NCBI GenBank assembly: GCA_964016885.1
Contig: OZ024743.1
Span: 346,394,001 to 346,458,000, forward strand
Reading direction: 5' to 3'
DNA length: 64,000 nucleotides
DNA from: Eledone cirrhosa
Lineage: Eukaryota
Of this stretch, positions 1-14,019 are shown piece by piece (position 1 is the stretch's first letter; each line of letters begins with the position of its first letter). The notes under the pieces are model-generated. The model was given only the letters and a program-made list of their open reading frames with translations. It made no database searches and had not been told where the DNA came from. Position numbers and translations under genes: made by a program.

Positions 1-78
1 AGTGGGCTCCATTTAGCAGAACCTTATTGATGAGGACGCGGCATATGGTTACCGACGAATGAAACGCCGGCAAAGTCA

Positions 79-136
79 GCCACCTTACCTGTTAGATATG
101 GTGGCCTTGGCCACCATATCTAACAGGTAAGTTGGC
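79..136. repeat. Near-perfect palindrome (23-bp perfect arms, TT loop)
   Basis: cttacctgttagatatggtggcc-tt-ggccaccatatctaacaggtaag at 84-131, extended by gcca/tggc after one mismatch. Confidence 0.95.
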
Positions 137-389
137 CTATTGCAATCCAAGGTCGTAAACCTGACGTTGCATATCTCCTCAGCATGGCGAAGCAATTCCT
201 CAACAGGATGAGGGTTGGATGGGTGTAAAGGAAATCACATACACAAGGGTTGGACATTTGATTCATTTGATTCTCCTTTTGCTTTACTCCACTTTTCAAA
301 TCAAACGTTCACTCTTCGCGGGTGCTCTAGGAACATAATGCTCGTGAATACCGGGGGACAGCTGTAAACATACACACACACATACATAA

Positions 390-442
<53 letters not shown>

Positions 443-715
443 AATATGTACATATATGTCTTGTTATTGCTAGAGATGACGATGGTGATGGTAAACATAC
501 AATTGCTGTTTGGTGGGGCGGGGAGTGTTATTGTTGTTAATAATGGTGGAGTTGGTATCCTTGATGGTTGTGGTAGTAGTGGTGATGATGAAGGCGCGGT
601 ATGTTAGATGTTGAGATGTTGTTGTTCAGTCCTGGGTTAAACTTAAAGGGACCTATGTATAAAAGGCATTTAAGAATAGTGTTTCGTATGAACGATAACA
701 GGCCGCCGTGGACAC

Positions 716-913
716 AGCATGGCTGAATAGTTAAGAGTTACGCTTCACAATCATAAGGTCTCCAGTTCATTCCCATTGCCTTTCCTCTTGAAAAAGTGTT
801 ATTTATCCCGCCGAGGTTGACTTTGCCTTTCATCCTTACGGGGTCGATAAAATAAAGTACCAGCAATGCACTGGGTAATTGCTGGCCTTGTGCCTAAAGT
901 AGAAACAGTTATT
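716..913 (+). mobile_element. Chimeric SINE: degenerate tRNA-like head (family 2) joined to the 3' half of SINE family 1
   Basis: tggctgaatagttaag A-box-like start; 807-913 matches the 3' half of 46351-46540 (ccgccgaggttgactttgcctttcatcc...gtagaaacagttatt). Confidence 0.75.
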
Positions 914-1029
914 TATCATAGCGTCAAATCGCCCATGATTTGTAAGTAAAATAAAGAGGTGGAACCTGTTTGGAAGCCCAGTGGAAGTCCATACTTGGAA
1001 GATCGTGTTATTCAAAGGACCATCCATAA

Positions 1030-1175
1030 TACACACAGTATGACTTCGAATCACCTTGATGATTACGTCAAGGGAACACGTGTTTGTGGAATGCTCAGCC
1101 ACTTACACGTGAATTTCATAAGAAGGCTGTTCCGTTGATAGAATACCTGGAACATTCATTATCCAAACTGAAAGA
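1030..1175 (+). repeat. Interspersed repeat, unclassified (related copies about 10520-10620 + and 12690-12800 -)
   Basis: Shared segment tgtggaat(g/a)ctc...(c/t)gttccgttgat...tggaac in three places in the window. Confidence 0.55.
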
Positions 1176-2221
1176 GTTCAATTCGATAGATCAGCTGGAA
1201 ATGGGATAGGACTGATAGCACTAACACCCCCACACAATTGAGCATTTCAACGTGGCGCTAATTGTTCTTTGGATGTAGGTATTGATAACTTTTGTTATAT
1301 ATTCATTAGTTTTTACATGATGTTTGTGTGTTAAGTGTTTGCTGTTGTTTTTGTTATTTCTGTTGTAGTTGTTTTGGATGTTGGTTGTTGTGGTGCTGTT
1401 AATGTTGTTGGTAACGTTAGTCACCAATTTAGTGTCTAGAGTTTGTGGTTGGGGTGATGGAAGGAGTGGTTGTGTTGAGGGTGAGAATTGTGGTGGTGGT
1501 GGTTGTTAAATTAATTAACACTTCTTCTAAATATGATTGTTCCGAGGCTGTCAGTATCGCTCTTAATATACTGTATACAATTGGTACTACCGAATTCTAT
1601 GCGACTATTTGGGAAGAGATGGTGGTCTGATGGAGGAGAGAGTGGTGTGTTTTTGTCGTTATTTTTGCTGGTTTTATAGTATTGTTTGTATCGTTGGTCT
1701 CTAATTTAATGTTTAGGTGGTCGTGTGAGTTGTTTGCTTTGTTTTGTGGTAGTGTTGGTGATGATGATCATGGTGGTGATGGTGGTGGTGTTATTGGTGG
1801 TGTTGGCGGTGGTGTTGATAATGGTGGTACTGGTGTTGGTGTTAGTCGATGGTGATGATGATGGTAATGTGGACTGTTTTAGGTGGTGAGAGGGTTAGCT
1901 TAAACAGTTGGTCATTTCCGTTGGTGTCAATGTATAGGTCAAAATAAAAGCCGAACTGTCAAATACTACACTACTAGTGACGACATGTCAGACATGCACG
2001 ATGGTCAGATGACGCGTGATCGACACAGTCTGGGGCAGGTGCCTGTGTCTATCACTTAGAAAAGTCAGTTGCCGTACGCGTCAGACAAGTAGGGTAGTTG
2101 TAACTCCCATCACCCCCTGCTCTACAATTTACACGAACAACCTACAGCTACTTACTAATAGAACTAACTACTGCTGCTGCTGCAAGTACTGCTTCTGCTG
2201 CTACTAATACGACTACGAAAC

Positions 2222-2900
2222 ATAATGGTTTCTGATTTAGGCATGCGGCCAACACTTTTGAGGGAGGCGAAAGTCGATGAAATCGACCCAGTGCATTACT
2301 GGTGCTTTAATTTATCGACCCCGTAAAAGATAAAAGCAAAGCTAACATCGACGAGACTGCTACTAAAAACAATAATTACTGCTTTTACTTTTGGCAAAAG
2401 TCCAGCAATTTGCAGGGAAAGGGAAAGTCGATTAAATCGACCACAGTGTGCTGCAGCTACTTTGTTTCATCGACCCGGTAAAAGTAATCTTGACTTCTTT
2501 ATTAATGGTTTCTAATTTAGGTACATCGCCAGTAATATAGGGAGTGGAGAACAATTGGTAAAATCGACACCAGTATTTAACTAATACTTGAATTTATTTA
2601 CCCCCTAATGATGAAGAGCAAAGTTAACATTCGTGTGATTTGATCTCAGAATGTAAATGACCTTAATTAAATGATGCAAAGTATTTTCCCCGACGCTCTA
2701 ACCATTCTGTCAAACAACCACCCTGAGTAATTATTTCTGATGTAGACAATTGGCCCGCAATTTGTGGGAATTGGAAAATCGATTAAATCGACCCCAGTAT
2801 TTAAATGGTAATGTATTTTATTGACCCTTAAGGGATGAAGGCAAAGTTGACATCGATGGGATTTGAACTCAAAACATAGAAAGTCGCAACTAAATACCGC
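2222..2900 (-). mobile_element. Tandem stack of about 4-5 degenerate SINE family 1 copies
   Basis: Repeated units starting ataatggtttct/aataattact and containing atcgacccc...aaagcaaagt...gatttgaactc. Confidence 0.8.
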
Positions 2901-3779
2901 CTAGGGTGATTACGTAAATTTTTAAGTGTTATTTCAACTAAACATTATTTAATCTCATGTATGTAGCACATACTTATAGGTACACACATACGGACATACG
3001 TGCGCGTACACATATATACACATGGGCACAAATACGTACGCATGGAAGCACACATAAGTGCACATACAGTCATATTTATATACGAGATGGAAACCGCTTG
3101 GTGACACTGACAATATTGCAAAATTTATAAAAGATAATTGTTTAAACTCGTCACAAGCACTGGAACGGGTATATAAGGGCATGGTTGTATATAGACAATA
3201 CAGAAGTATTAGTATCACCGAGACAACCACTCCGCGGTCATAGGCTGCATAGATGGAGTTATAGATTTTCAGTCCCGACCGAAAGGACAGTTGGATTATT
3301 CGGCGTCACATTGTCTACCAAGATAGTTAAACACTGTCTTGGAGTATGATAGCCGTTGAGGAATGATTTGAACATACCATACCACATTTTCGCAGTTTAT
3401 CATGCAACTTTTTTTATTTACTTCAAACATCTAATAGCAGGCTTGAGAGGCAGGTTTCATTACGAAGCTGCTGAATTGTCTGCTAGAAGAATGTATTTGC
3501 TGATGCAAAGTTAGATTTCAGCTTAACCCCAAAGCCTTTCAATGTTTAACTTTGTATGCTTTTATTGCTTCTATTGACACTTTTCGTGCCTCCTTGCACC
3601 GCAAAAGCAAAAAAAGAACGTATTTCTAAACCAACGATTGTACGCCTCCTTTCTCGCTTCCGAATGAATCATCCGATACGTAAACAAGCCGGTTTCATTC
3701 GTAGCATTTAAGAACTGAAGAAGAAACTGACTGTTCAACTAAGTTGAACAGTCTCCACTCCGTTTTAACGTCGTTAGTT

Positions 3780-4690
3780 CTCTGAATATGTTTGCATTAG
3801 TACCCGCATACCTGGTCATCGCCTCCTTATCAGCCAGCGCTTTTCACTTTATACTGTAGGTTGAGTGGGACCAACCAGTTTGGTTGGTTTTCTTGGCTTT
3901 AGGTAGATTCGGGTTGCAGATAACTAGATATTGATTAACTGACAACTCAGCGCCTATCTTAACACAGACATCCAGCACAGAATCAAAGAGATCGGAGACT
4001 ATAACAAAATCGATCATTGATTTTTGTCCATGGTTTCCTTAATACCATGTGCTTGAAGAATGTGTTTATTGAGAGTCATTTACTAGAACATAATTCTAAT
4101 AAGTCCTCTCTATTCTTATTTAGACCCGAAACGACGTTCCATCCAATCACTCCTTTCCATGTCAGATGGTCAGCGCCAATATGTGTATTGAAGTCTCCTA
4201 TTAGCATATAAGACTTAGCCGTAACTACATCTAACGCTACAGTAACTCCACCAAGGAAGAATTTGCATCCGTACTCTCTGTTTGGCGCATACACTTGCAC
4301 CAGCAAAAGAGGCCGCTCTTTCAGCCAAAACATCAAGGGGCAAATCCTCTTTCTCAATGGTATCTAGTCCATAATACATTCTGACAACTTGGGTCTTCTG
4401 TGCAGTCATTTCTGGCACCACAACTGGATAGTGGTTTGTCCATCCTCCGTCCAAATATACGGTACCAGACCCATGGAACTTTGTTGCGGAATTCCCGACT
4501 ATCTAGCCGGTAGCATCTGGCATATTCACTTGTTCCTGCTCATTATATGTAAGTGTTGTAAAGTTCCAGTTACCAATTGTTAAGTGTTCCTCCCTTCCGG
4601 ACCACCTTTGTGGTTTCGAGATACGAAACCTTTGTGCTTCCATCACTCATCTGCTAAGAGAGGTCGCAATCCCATCCCCATTTCTTACAG
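3780..4690 (-). mobile_element. RTE-clade LINE fragment, APE endonuclease region (degenerate)
   Basis: Minus-strand LLVQVYAPN and LIGDFNTHIG (ORF 4076-4357), followed by IDFVIVS..LDVCVKIGAELS..YLV, the typical RTE/Expander APE motifs; stops and frameshifts present. Confidence 0.85.
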
Positions 4691-4874
4691 CATTTGATAT
4701 AGACTGCAATATATTTTTCGAACAGGCCCCTTTAACTAAAACCTGAACGCTGCTTACCATGTAAAGAATAATGTCATCCGCCGCTCCAATACCTTTAGTA
4801 GATTACGCTGTTGGTCTGCAGTTATAAATTTGTCCGCCGGGACCGCGCTTAAACCATAACTAACCAGCACATCT

Positions 4875-5093
4875 CGTGGCCGAATCGCTATCCACCACCT
4901 ATGTAGTCTTATCAAAACTGACAGGTATACGTTGAATCGGCTGGGGTTTGATAATATCATAGTACTACTTGATTTCACGTTGCTCAACTGAAAATGAGTA
5001 CCAGAATAGGTGGGGTTTTAACCCTGCGATGGACTGACGGGGGAAGTCTCCTACTCAAAAATCGCTTTACGCCATGAAACCGGGATAAGCACC

Positions 5094-5096
<3 letters not shown>
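4875..5096 (+). mobile_element. Probable SINE of a third family (degenerate), ending in (TA)n
   Basis: Contains aaccctgcgatggactg and gaaaccgggataagc, which I recall from 3' regions of marine-invertebrate SINEs; recalled, not searched. Confidence 0.4.
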
Positions 5097-5166
<70 letters not shown>

Positions 5167-5738
5167 GTGTGTGTGTACGCGTATGTGTGTATTCGTGAAC
5201 GTGAGTGTCGGTGTGTGAGTGTGTGTGGGGTTTGTATACAGACATATAAATATATAGGGAAAGAGATAGGTTGAGTGAAACAATGTAATCAATGAAGAAA
5301 AGTATTTTATAACGCGACAGGAAGGTACTTCCGGTTCGTCTGTGTCTACATGGCCTGGATGTAAGGGTGGCCGAGAGAGAATAAATACACTAAACTGAAG
5401 TAAATAAAGATCGCTCTGAAAATTTGAAAATGTGTGTAAAGTTGTCTTCGATTGACACTTGATCATACCATCCCCCAAAAATTCACAAACATACACAAAA
5501 TACTCATATACACAAACCCACAGACACGCATATATATATGTGTGTGTGTGTGTGTGTGTATGTGTGTGTGTGCATACGTGTGTGTTTGGGTGTGGGTGTG
5601 AGTGTGTGGGGGTATTTATGTGTTTATGTATATATATGTATATATATGTGTGTGTGTGTATCTATGTGTCTGTATCTGTGTGTGTATCTGTGTGTGTGTG
5701 TGTATGTGTGTGTGTGTTTGTGTGTGTGTGTGCGCGCG

Positions 5739-5771
<33 letters not shown>

Positions 5772-5958
5772 TCCCTCTATTTGTGCATGCGTTTGTGCAC
5801 ATATCTGCTTGATCACAAACAGAAGTAATCACTTATACATTCACACACACACACACGTACACAGACATACACACACCAATACAGTCAAAAACAAACATAT
5901 ATGTGTACCCTGAGCAATATATTCACATACGCAGGAGGATATTCAGTCAGAGTCTTTC

Positions 5959-6033
<75 letters not shown>

Positions 6034-6736
6034 AATATATATATATACATAAGGAATTAGATATTTTCTATTAAAATTTTCTTTGATTATTTGTATATTT
6101 GTATGTCTGTGTGCGTGTATAGAGTGACCAAGGACTTTTGTGACACGTCAGTGTGCCAATTTTAAAGACGCACGTCTCATCTACTTCCGGTGAGAATATT
6201 GTCAACGTGCGGACATATTTATCAATATGATGAAAACATCAAAATGTGAAATTCCTCTAGTGTGAGGAACAGAAAAAAAAAAACACATGTTCTACGGCAT
6301 TTATATTATACGATACTGCATTCATATCTTGCTTATTTTCAAGTTAATTATTAATTTACTTGTGTTTACTGTAATGTTTAGATCCTGCCGAGGTCAACGT
6401 TGCCCTTCATCCATTCCATGTCAAGAAAAAAGTCCTAGTCTACTACTTGTGTCGATTCTTTCTCTGTTTTCCTTTCTTACTTCTATCCATCTCTGGAGAA
6501 AATTTGCTGTACTCAGACATAAGAACTTGTGCCCTGAACAACCCTTGCCTCCTTTCAGAATTTCGAGGTTGATAATACATCAATCTAGTACTGGGGAAAA
6601 TTCTTACTTTCTATTCTTTGAAAGAAATTCCCTGTGTTCACGCACGGGAGAAAATGAGCTACACCAAGTTTAAATGTTTAAATGCGTTCTGACATTTCCA
6701 TGTGGAATTAAGAGCATATACCTATTTAATAATATT

Positions 6737-6921
6737 GTGGATTGGCAGTATCGGTAGAGGGTCGGATGCTATGCTTTGCAGCATAGTTACGTCCCTTTAC
6801 GGACTGAGTTCAAATCCCGCCGAGGTTAGCTTTGCCTTTCATTCTTACGGGGTCGATAAAATAAAGTACCAGTAATGCACAGAGTAATTGCTGGCCTTGT
6901 GCCAAAAGTAGAAACAATTAT
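6737..6921 (+). mobile_element. tRNA-derived SINE family 1, near full length
   Basis: A box tggcagtatcgg, B box gagttcaaatcc, tail gaaacaattatt; high similarity to 46351-46540. Confidence 0.95.
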
Positions 6922-6952
6922 TTATAAACTGTCTCTCATTATATAGGATTTG

Positions 6953-7120
6953 GAAGAGAGCTGGCCCGTCGGATAAAATGCTTGAGGTATTTAATTACGG
7001 TTTTGTACGGTCTAAGTTCAAATCCTGCGCGGGTAACATTTCCTTTCAATTTGTCTGTGTCGATAACATAAAGGGCCAATTCAAAGTGTTTTGCCTTGTG
7101 CCTACATTAGAAACCATTAC
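6953..7120 (+). mobile_element. Older SINE family 1 copy, tandem to the previous one
   Basis: gagctggc head, aagttcaaatcc B box, ccttgtgcctacattagaaaccattac tail. Confidence 0.75.
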
Positions 7121-7555
7121 TATCAATCACCTATATGTCGGTGATAGCAATTTTAATATAGCAACCTTAAAAAAGGAAACGATTCTTAATTGGTAAATAT
7201 CGAAGAGAAATTGGGAACAATGTATTTCCAGTTACAGTTTGCATCATCTCTTGATCCTATTTTCATTGTTAGAAGATTAAAAAAATTTCAAAGATATCAG
7301 CAATTAGGAGAAGATATTTTTAACCAATAAACTCTATCAACAGATTGCTAAGCAATTGTCGCAATTAATCTGAATTGAAATATTTTTGTTTGTATTTATT
7401 TATGTATACGTTTTTCCGTCTTAGTATATATTATAAATAATAATTGGTAATTGGGTTCAAATCCTGGTCAAATTCTGCAAAGATAAATCTAATTACCTAC
7501 TCATGAAAATAGTGCCTCGTAATATCTTAAATTCAATGATTGACAGAAATAAAAG

Positions 7556-8843
<1,288 letters not shown>

Positions 8844-8973
8844 AACGAAGGAGATGTGGTAAGGAACCAGGTGGACCATAACGCACCAAAGTACCCAATA
8901 CTTAGGGTAGTAGTGTGGGTAATAGGAACGAGTAAGACCCCGAAGGCCGAGCTCAAGCCGTTTCGACGGCTAA

Positions 8974-8976
<3 letters not shown>
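8844..8976 (-). mobile_element. PLE pseudo-LTR 3' fragment (family H1) carrying only the 3' half of a hammerhead, flanked by (TA)n on both sides
   Basis: Near-identical to 24444-24577; minus strand reads gccgtc-GAAA-cggcttgagctcggcc-ttc-ggggtc; stops inside the stem II strand. Confidence 0.75.
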
Positions 8977-9013
<37 letters not shown>

Positions 9014-9017
<4 letters not shown>

Positions 9018-9384
9018 GAACACAAAAAAACGAACAAACAAGGGGATGCATTAATATAATGACGTATTAGTTTCATGCTTAAAAGGAAGAGAGTTAAAGA
9101 GTCAACGAATCGGGTGTTTGCCCTTCATCAGGAAGAACAGACGGAATAAAATGTATGCATAAATAATAAATATATATTCTGACCTACACTTACACAAAAT
9201 GGGTGACTCAATTCACATGTATTTTCCTGCTGTGAAAAATAAATCGTTTTTTTTTTTGTTTTGTTGTCTTTGTTATCCCATCTTACACTTGCATCTCTTT
9301 GTAGTTCTTTGATCTTCCGATGATAGACTAACGTACGAAATTTTCAGAAAAAGTTTCTAAAATTTCACGTGTTAAACTAATAAT
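9014..9384. mobile_element. Head-to-head pair of degenerate HHR-bearing repeat fragments (9014-9140 -, about 9290-9384 +)
   Basis: Minus strand: cCTGATGAagggcaaacaccc-GATT-cgtt...aaactaata; plus strand: ccGATGAtagactaacgtac-GAAA...gttaaactaata; third copy near 29325-29440. Confidence 0.55.
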
Positions 9385-9570
9385 TGTTTCTCCTTTTGGT
9401 ACAGGGCCAGCATGTGCCTTAACCGTGTATTAACAGTGCATTAACGGTGCTTTATTTTATCGACCCCTTAAAGATGAAAGCAAAAGTTAAACTTTGCGAG
9501 ATTTGCACTCAGAACTCATTGCTGCAAAGCATGGTGTCTGCCGCTCTACCGTCACTGCCATCTACCGCCC
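9381..9570 (-). mobile_element. SINE family 1 inserted into the tail of the next SINE
   Basis: Flanking direct repeat taaactaataat at 9373 and 9571. Confidence 0.9.
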
Positions 9571-9579
9571 TAAACTAAT

Positions 9580-9763
9580 AATTGTTTCTACTTTTTGGCA
9601 CAAGGCCAGCAATTTCACAGTGTATTACTGGTACTTTATTTTATCAACCCCATAAGGATGAAAGGCAAAGTTAACCTCGGCGGGATTTGAACTCAGAATG
9701 ACAAGGGCCGTAACTCTATGCGTCAAAGCATGGCGTCCGACCCTCTACCGATACTGCCAATCC
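9580..9763 (-). mobile_element. SINE family 1
   Basis: Reverse complement of the 46351 consensus, including A and B boxes. Confidence 0.95.
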
Positions 9764-10647
9764 TTCTCTTGAGTTTTCTTTCGTATATACATACATACAT
9801 GCACACATACTGTATTTTCTGTTAATTTAGGTTTAAATCTAACATTTTCAATGTCTCCATCCACACTCACCGTACTTTGAATGACATTTTATATAGCATC
9901 ATATTTTTATCAAGTAACGTAGTTCTGTCTATTTCGATATATAAGATTACATTATGTAAAAACAGTATATTTCTACAGGTTTTCAAACAAAAAGCAGGGG
10001 AGAGAACTCCTACAATATTAGTCGATCAAATGTGCTTGAGTTAGGGAATTGATGTTTTTGCACAACATTAAATTTGATTGAAAAACTTTCTTTATACCAA
10101 CTTACATCTGAATGAAATTATTTCTCGGGAATAGAATCTCATTAGACAGGAACTAATTAACGATTTGTTAAGCGACTGGGTGTACAATAATCTCCCAATC
10201 ATTTACTGCCAACCATACCCCGCATAAGCTCACTGTCGATGTGCAAACGTATTTTTCAACCGATTCATCCGTAGCAACATAGAATGAAATTATTTATTCA
10301 GCATGCGCCGCCGAGTTCGAGGATGGAAAACTACCATTACGAATATGAGTACAACACATTTGGGGTATTAAGCTTAATATATAGACTAGACTATGTATTA
10401 GATTTGTATGTCTGTGATTTTGAGAATGTAAGTGATTTAGTTGTTAAGGTTTTTGAATACCGACCATAAGATCGTTAATTAGATTCACATTGACGGGTTT
10501 TTTTCATTGGCCTATGTACGTTAAGGGTGCAATTGTCTGTGGAATACTCTGTCTCTTGCATGTTAAATTCAGGAGCAGGGTGTTCTGTTGATTTAATCAA
10601 ATGGAACACACGTCATCTAAAATGTCGGAGTTATATATATATATATA

Positions 10648-10830
10648 TCAGAATGGAGGCGGTAAAAACCAGTTAGACCATTACTCACAAAAGTACTCGA
10701 AACTTGGGGTAGTAGAGTGGGTATATGACAAATACAGGACCTCGACGGCTGAGCTCCGGCTACTTCAACAGCTATATCCGAACTTGGATCTAGCTGTTGA
10801 AACGGCTGGAGTTCATCCGTCGGTGTCCTG
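10648..10830. mobile_element. PLE pseudo-LTR fragment (family H1, diverged) with fold-back palindrome 10735-10830
   Basis: Homologous to 24444-24645; arms caggacctcgacggctgagctc... / ...gaaacggctggagttcatccgtcggtgtcctg, centred near 10783. Confidence 0.8.
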
Positions 10831-10951
10831 ATTTCATGTATGTATTTATGTTTGTGTGTTTGTGTGTCTGTGTTTGTGTGTGTGTGCGTGTCAGCGCGTG
10901 ATTGTGTGCGCATGTATATGTTAAGATGAGTGTATAAATATATATGCATGC

Positions 10952-11009
<58 letters not shown>

Positions 11010-11161
11010 ATATATGAATAGATTTATCTGTATATACATATGTGTGTGAGCGTGTGTGTGTGTATTTATAGTACTAGTAATTGGTATGGTATGGACGCAT
11101 AACTCCCGATACATATACTCACACACACATATATATAGAGAGGGAGGGAGTTAATGCCCTT

Positions 11162-11213
<52 letters not shown>

Positions 11214-12156
11214 TATTTATTTATTTATATATATGTATGTGTCTTTTTAAGCTTTTGTGTCCGAGTTTTTCCTTATATATACTCGTTTATACATATGCAA
11301 TGTATTAGCCTGTGTGGTTTTCTTATGTTTTATATTTTAAAATGGGTTTACGTATGCTTGTAATTATGTTCACACACGCAGTGTATGCTTGCGTGTGTAT
11401 ATGTGTTTGTGCTGTACTATATTTTATATTGAGTCAACTGACACGAAGGTATACTATTGTAAATTTTCACGAGTCATTAGACGCGTAAAAGACAGTTAAA
11501 ATTGAGAATCAAGGCATGTTTATGTGCTACTAACAATATTTTCCTTCCAAAACTTCCGTTTTATTTCTGCGACAATAACTTAATGTTGCTATATAAGTAA
11601 ATTCAATGAGTAAACGGTTTCCAAAACCCGGCTGTAGGAATTAATCTTATTGGGACTAATCCTTTATTAAGCAAGTTTCAGAGAAGTACAACGGCTGGTG
11701 ATTTTACTACGAAATCCATTGTCCCAACACAATAAACATTCACTGCAGACATTATGACGATTATGAATAGAGCCAGATATTAGCACAATAGTCGGACAAA
11801 AGCATTATTTATGGCCGGGTAAGTTAAGCATTTAATTCAAACCTATTCAGCTAGTCTCATAAAAGTCCTAATACATTCATGCAAGCATCGTATAGGTGAA
11901 CATATTAACTCATACGTGTTTATGTCACTATGAGGCTTAAAGCATAGAATTGTGTTCATATTTTAACCCCGAAAGATGTTGAGAATTTTAAATAATGATA
12001 AGTGAAAGAGAAATGAGAGAGAGAGAGAGAAAAAAAAGGGAGGATGATGGTGAGGATGGAGGAGAGTGTAAAAGCTAGAGTGAGAGTTTAAGAGAAAGAG
12101 AAAGAAAGAGAGAGAGAGAGTGGGAGAAAGAAAGAAAGAGAAAGAAAGAGAGGTAA

Positions 12157-12220
<64 letters not shown>

Positions 12221-13348
12221 GAAAAAAACGTAATTCAGAAAATCTTCCGGCGCCTAATCGCACGCAAAACCAAATTTATTTCGTTTTATAGTAACGTACG
12301 TGGCTTGAAATATTTGCGTCATGAACCCGATATGTCCTGTCTCAGATTGTTAGTTGTAAGTTGTGTAGCTTTCAGTGTTTGGAGTATGACAACACACAAG
12401 GACATATATGTGTATATACAAAATGGGAATGTTGTTAGTTGTTCTGAAAACGTTGCATTAGCCACCCGTAACTGCTTGGTAAAGTAATTTACTGACAAGT
12501 TTATTCTAAATAATGTATAACAACCGTATAAGAATCGATGAAAATATGCTAGATTGGAAACAATGCAAAAATTAAGAAATAAATACTCTAAAATAATTAT
12601 AAAGAATCACTTGTTCTTCATGCAACATTAAATAGCTCGTTGGATGAAATGGATATGTCATTGATTAATATGATATATCATCCGTCTGTTTCAACGACGA
12701 GCATCCAGTTCTTCGGCCAACTGATCTAGCTGCTTGTTATATAATAAGGTAAATGGCAGAATATTCTAAAAATACGTGTATCCTAAACGTAATTCTCAAA
12801 GTAAATCAGCGGGACATACCATTTAATAGACCATTTATTTATAGGTGCGATGCTATCGACGAGCTTCCACACAGTTTCTGTCTATCGAATTTTAACTTCA
12901 AGTCATGAGTCGAAACTATTGTAAAAGATAATTTCTAAACATTCCACTCACTGGAATCGAATACAGGTTCTCATAATTTTGAATCAATTATCGTAAACAC
13001 TCGGACATGTCTGTGTCTATAATATATTGATTAAGCAACGAAGACAAATGAGGATTTACTCTGGTTGATTGTAATTAAATATTATCCATGTCAGATCTAA
13101 AAATATTATATTAATGTTTAATCCTTCACTGTGTGTTGTAGCTATACAAAATCTCTTATGGCTTAGTGATTGCTTAGGTTTAATCCGACCTTGTAAAATA
13201 TAAAGATCCAAATGATATGATATCACCTGCATGTTATGCTATCCCAAGTTTGTTTAAAAGAATTATAAATCACGACTAACTGGAAGGTTGGCATAAAATT
13301 CCAATATCCTAGATATATAATTTTCTAGTTTGGCTACATATAAAAAGA

Positions 13349-13445
13349 TAATAATTGTTTCTACTTTTGGCACAAGGCCAGCAATTACCCAGTGCATTAC
13401 TGGTACTTTATTTTATCGAACCCGTAAGGATGAAAGGCAAAGTAA
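13349..13445 (-). mobile_element. SINE family 1, 3' fragment
   Basis: ataataattgtttctacttttggcacaaggccagc...gatgaaaggcaaagt. Confidence 0.9.
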
Positions 13446-14019
13446 AAATAATGACATTGATTTATGCAAAGATTCTTTTGCGGAAAATGTCAGCTGTATT
13501 AAATGAACACTTGTCTTTATAAAAACAGGTTAAAATTTTAGCCCGGACATTCATTAGTAAAGGGTTTATTCTGATTTCAATGGAATGAAGGGAATGAGAT
13601 TACAAGTATCTCACTGGAACGGATGGCAGGTCGTCACAATTTTAACCTCAGCTGTTGTAGGGTATCAAAACGGGAATTCAGGCATTCTTTAAAGGACACA
13701 CCGTTATCTAAATTAGTTATCATTCAAATCTATTTCAGTAATGTTTAAATCTGATTGGAAAAGTGATAATTTTAAAATTTGACTTGATTCAATGATATCT
13801 TTTAAATATTAAGTCGAGTCAATGATAATTTGTTAAATTCACGAGCCAGGTTTTCCATAGATTAAAAGAATGGAACACACGAGATCAGAACATAGGTTTC
13901 CTCCTTGATCTCTGATTGCCATGGTCTTAACCAGTTCAAACCTGAACCTGCTGACGTTAGGAGTGATCCGTAACTTGAGAAGATTTGACTTGAATTATTT
14001 TGCACTGCCGGTATTATGC

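Noticed and set aside
1240-1870. G/T-rich strand-biased tract giving Asn/Thr-rich ORFs
   Set aside because: Low complexity; no domain motif recognised
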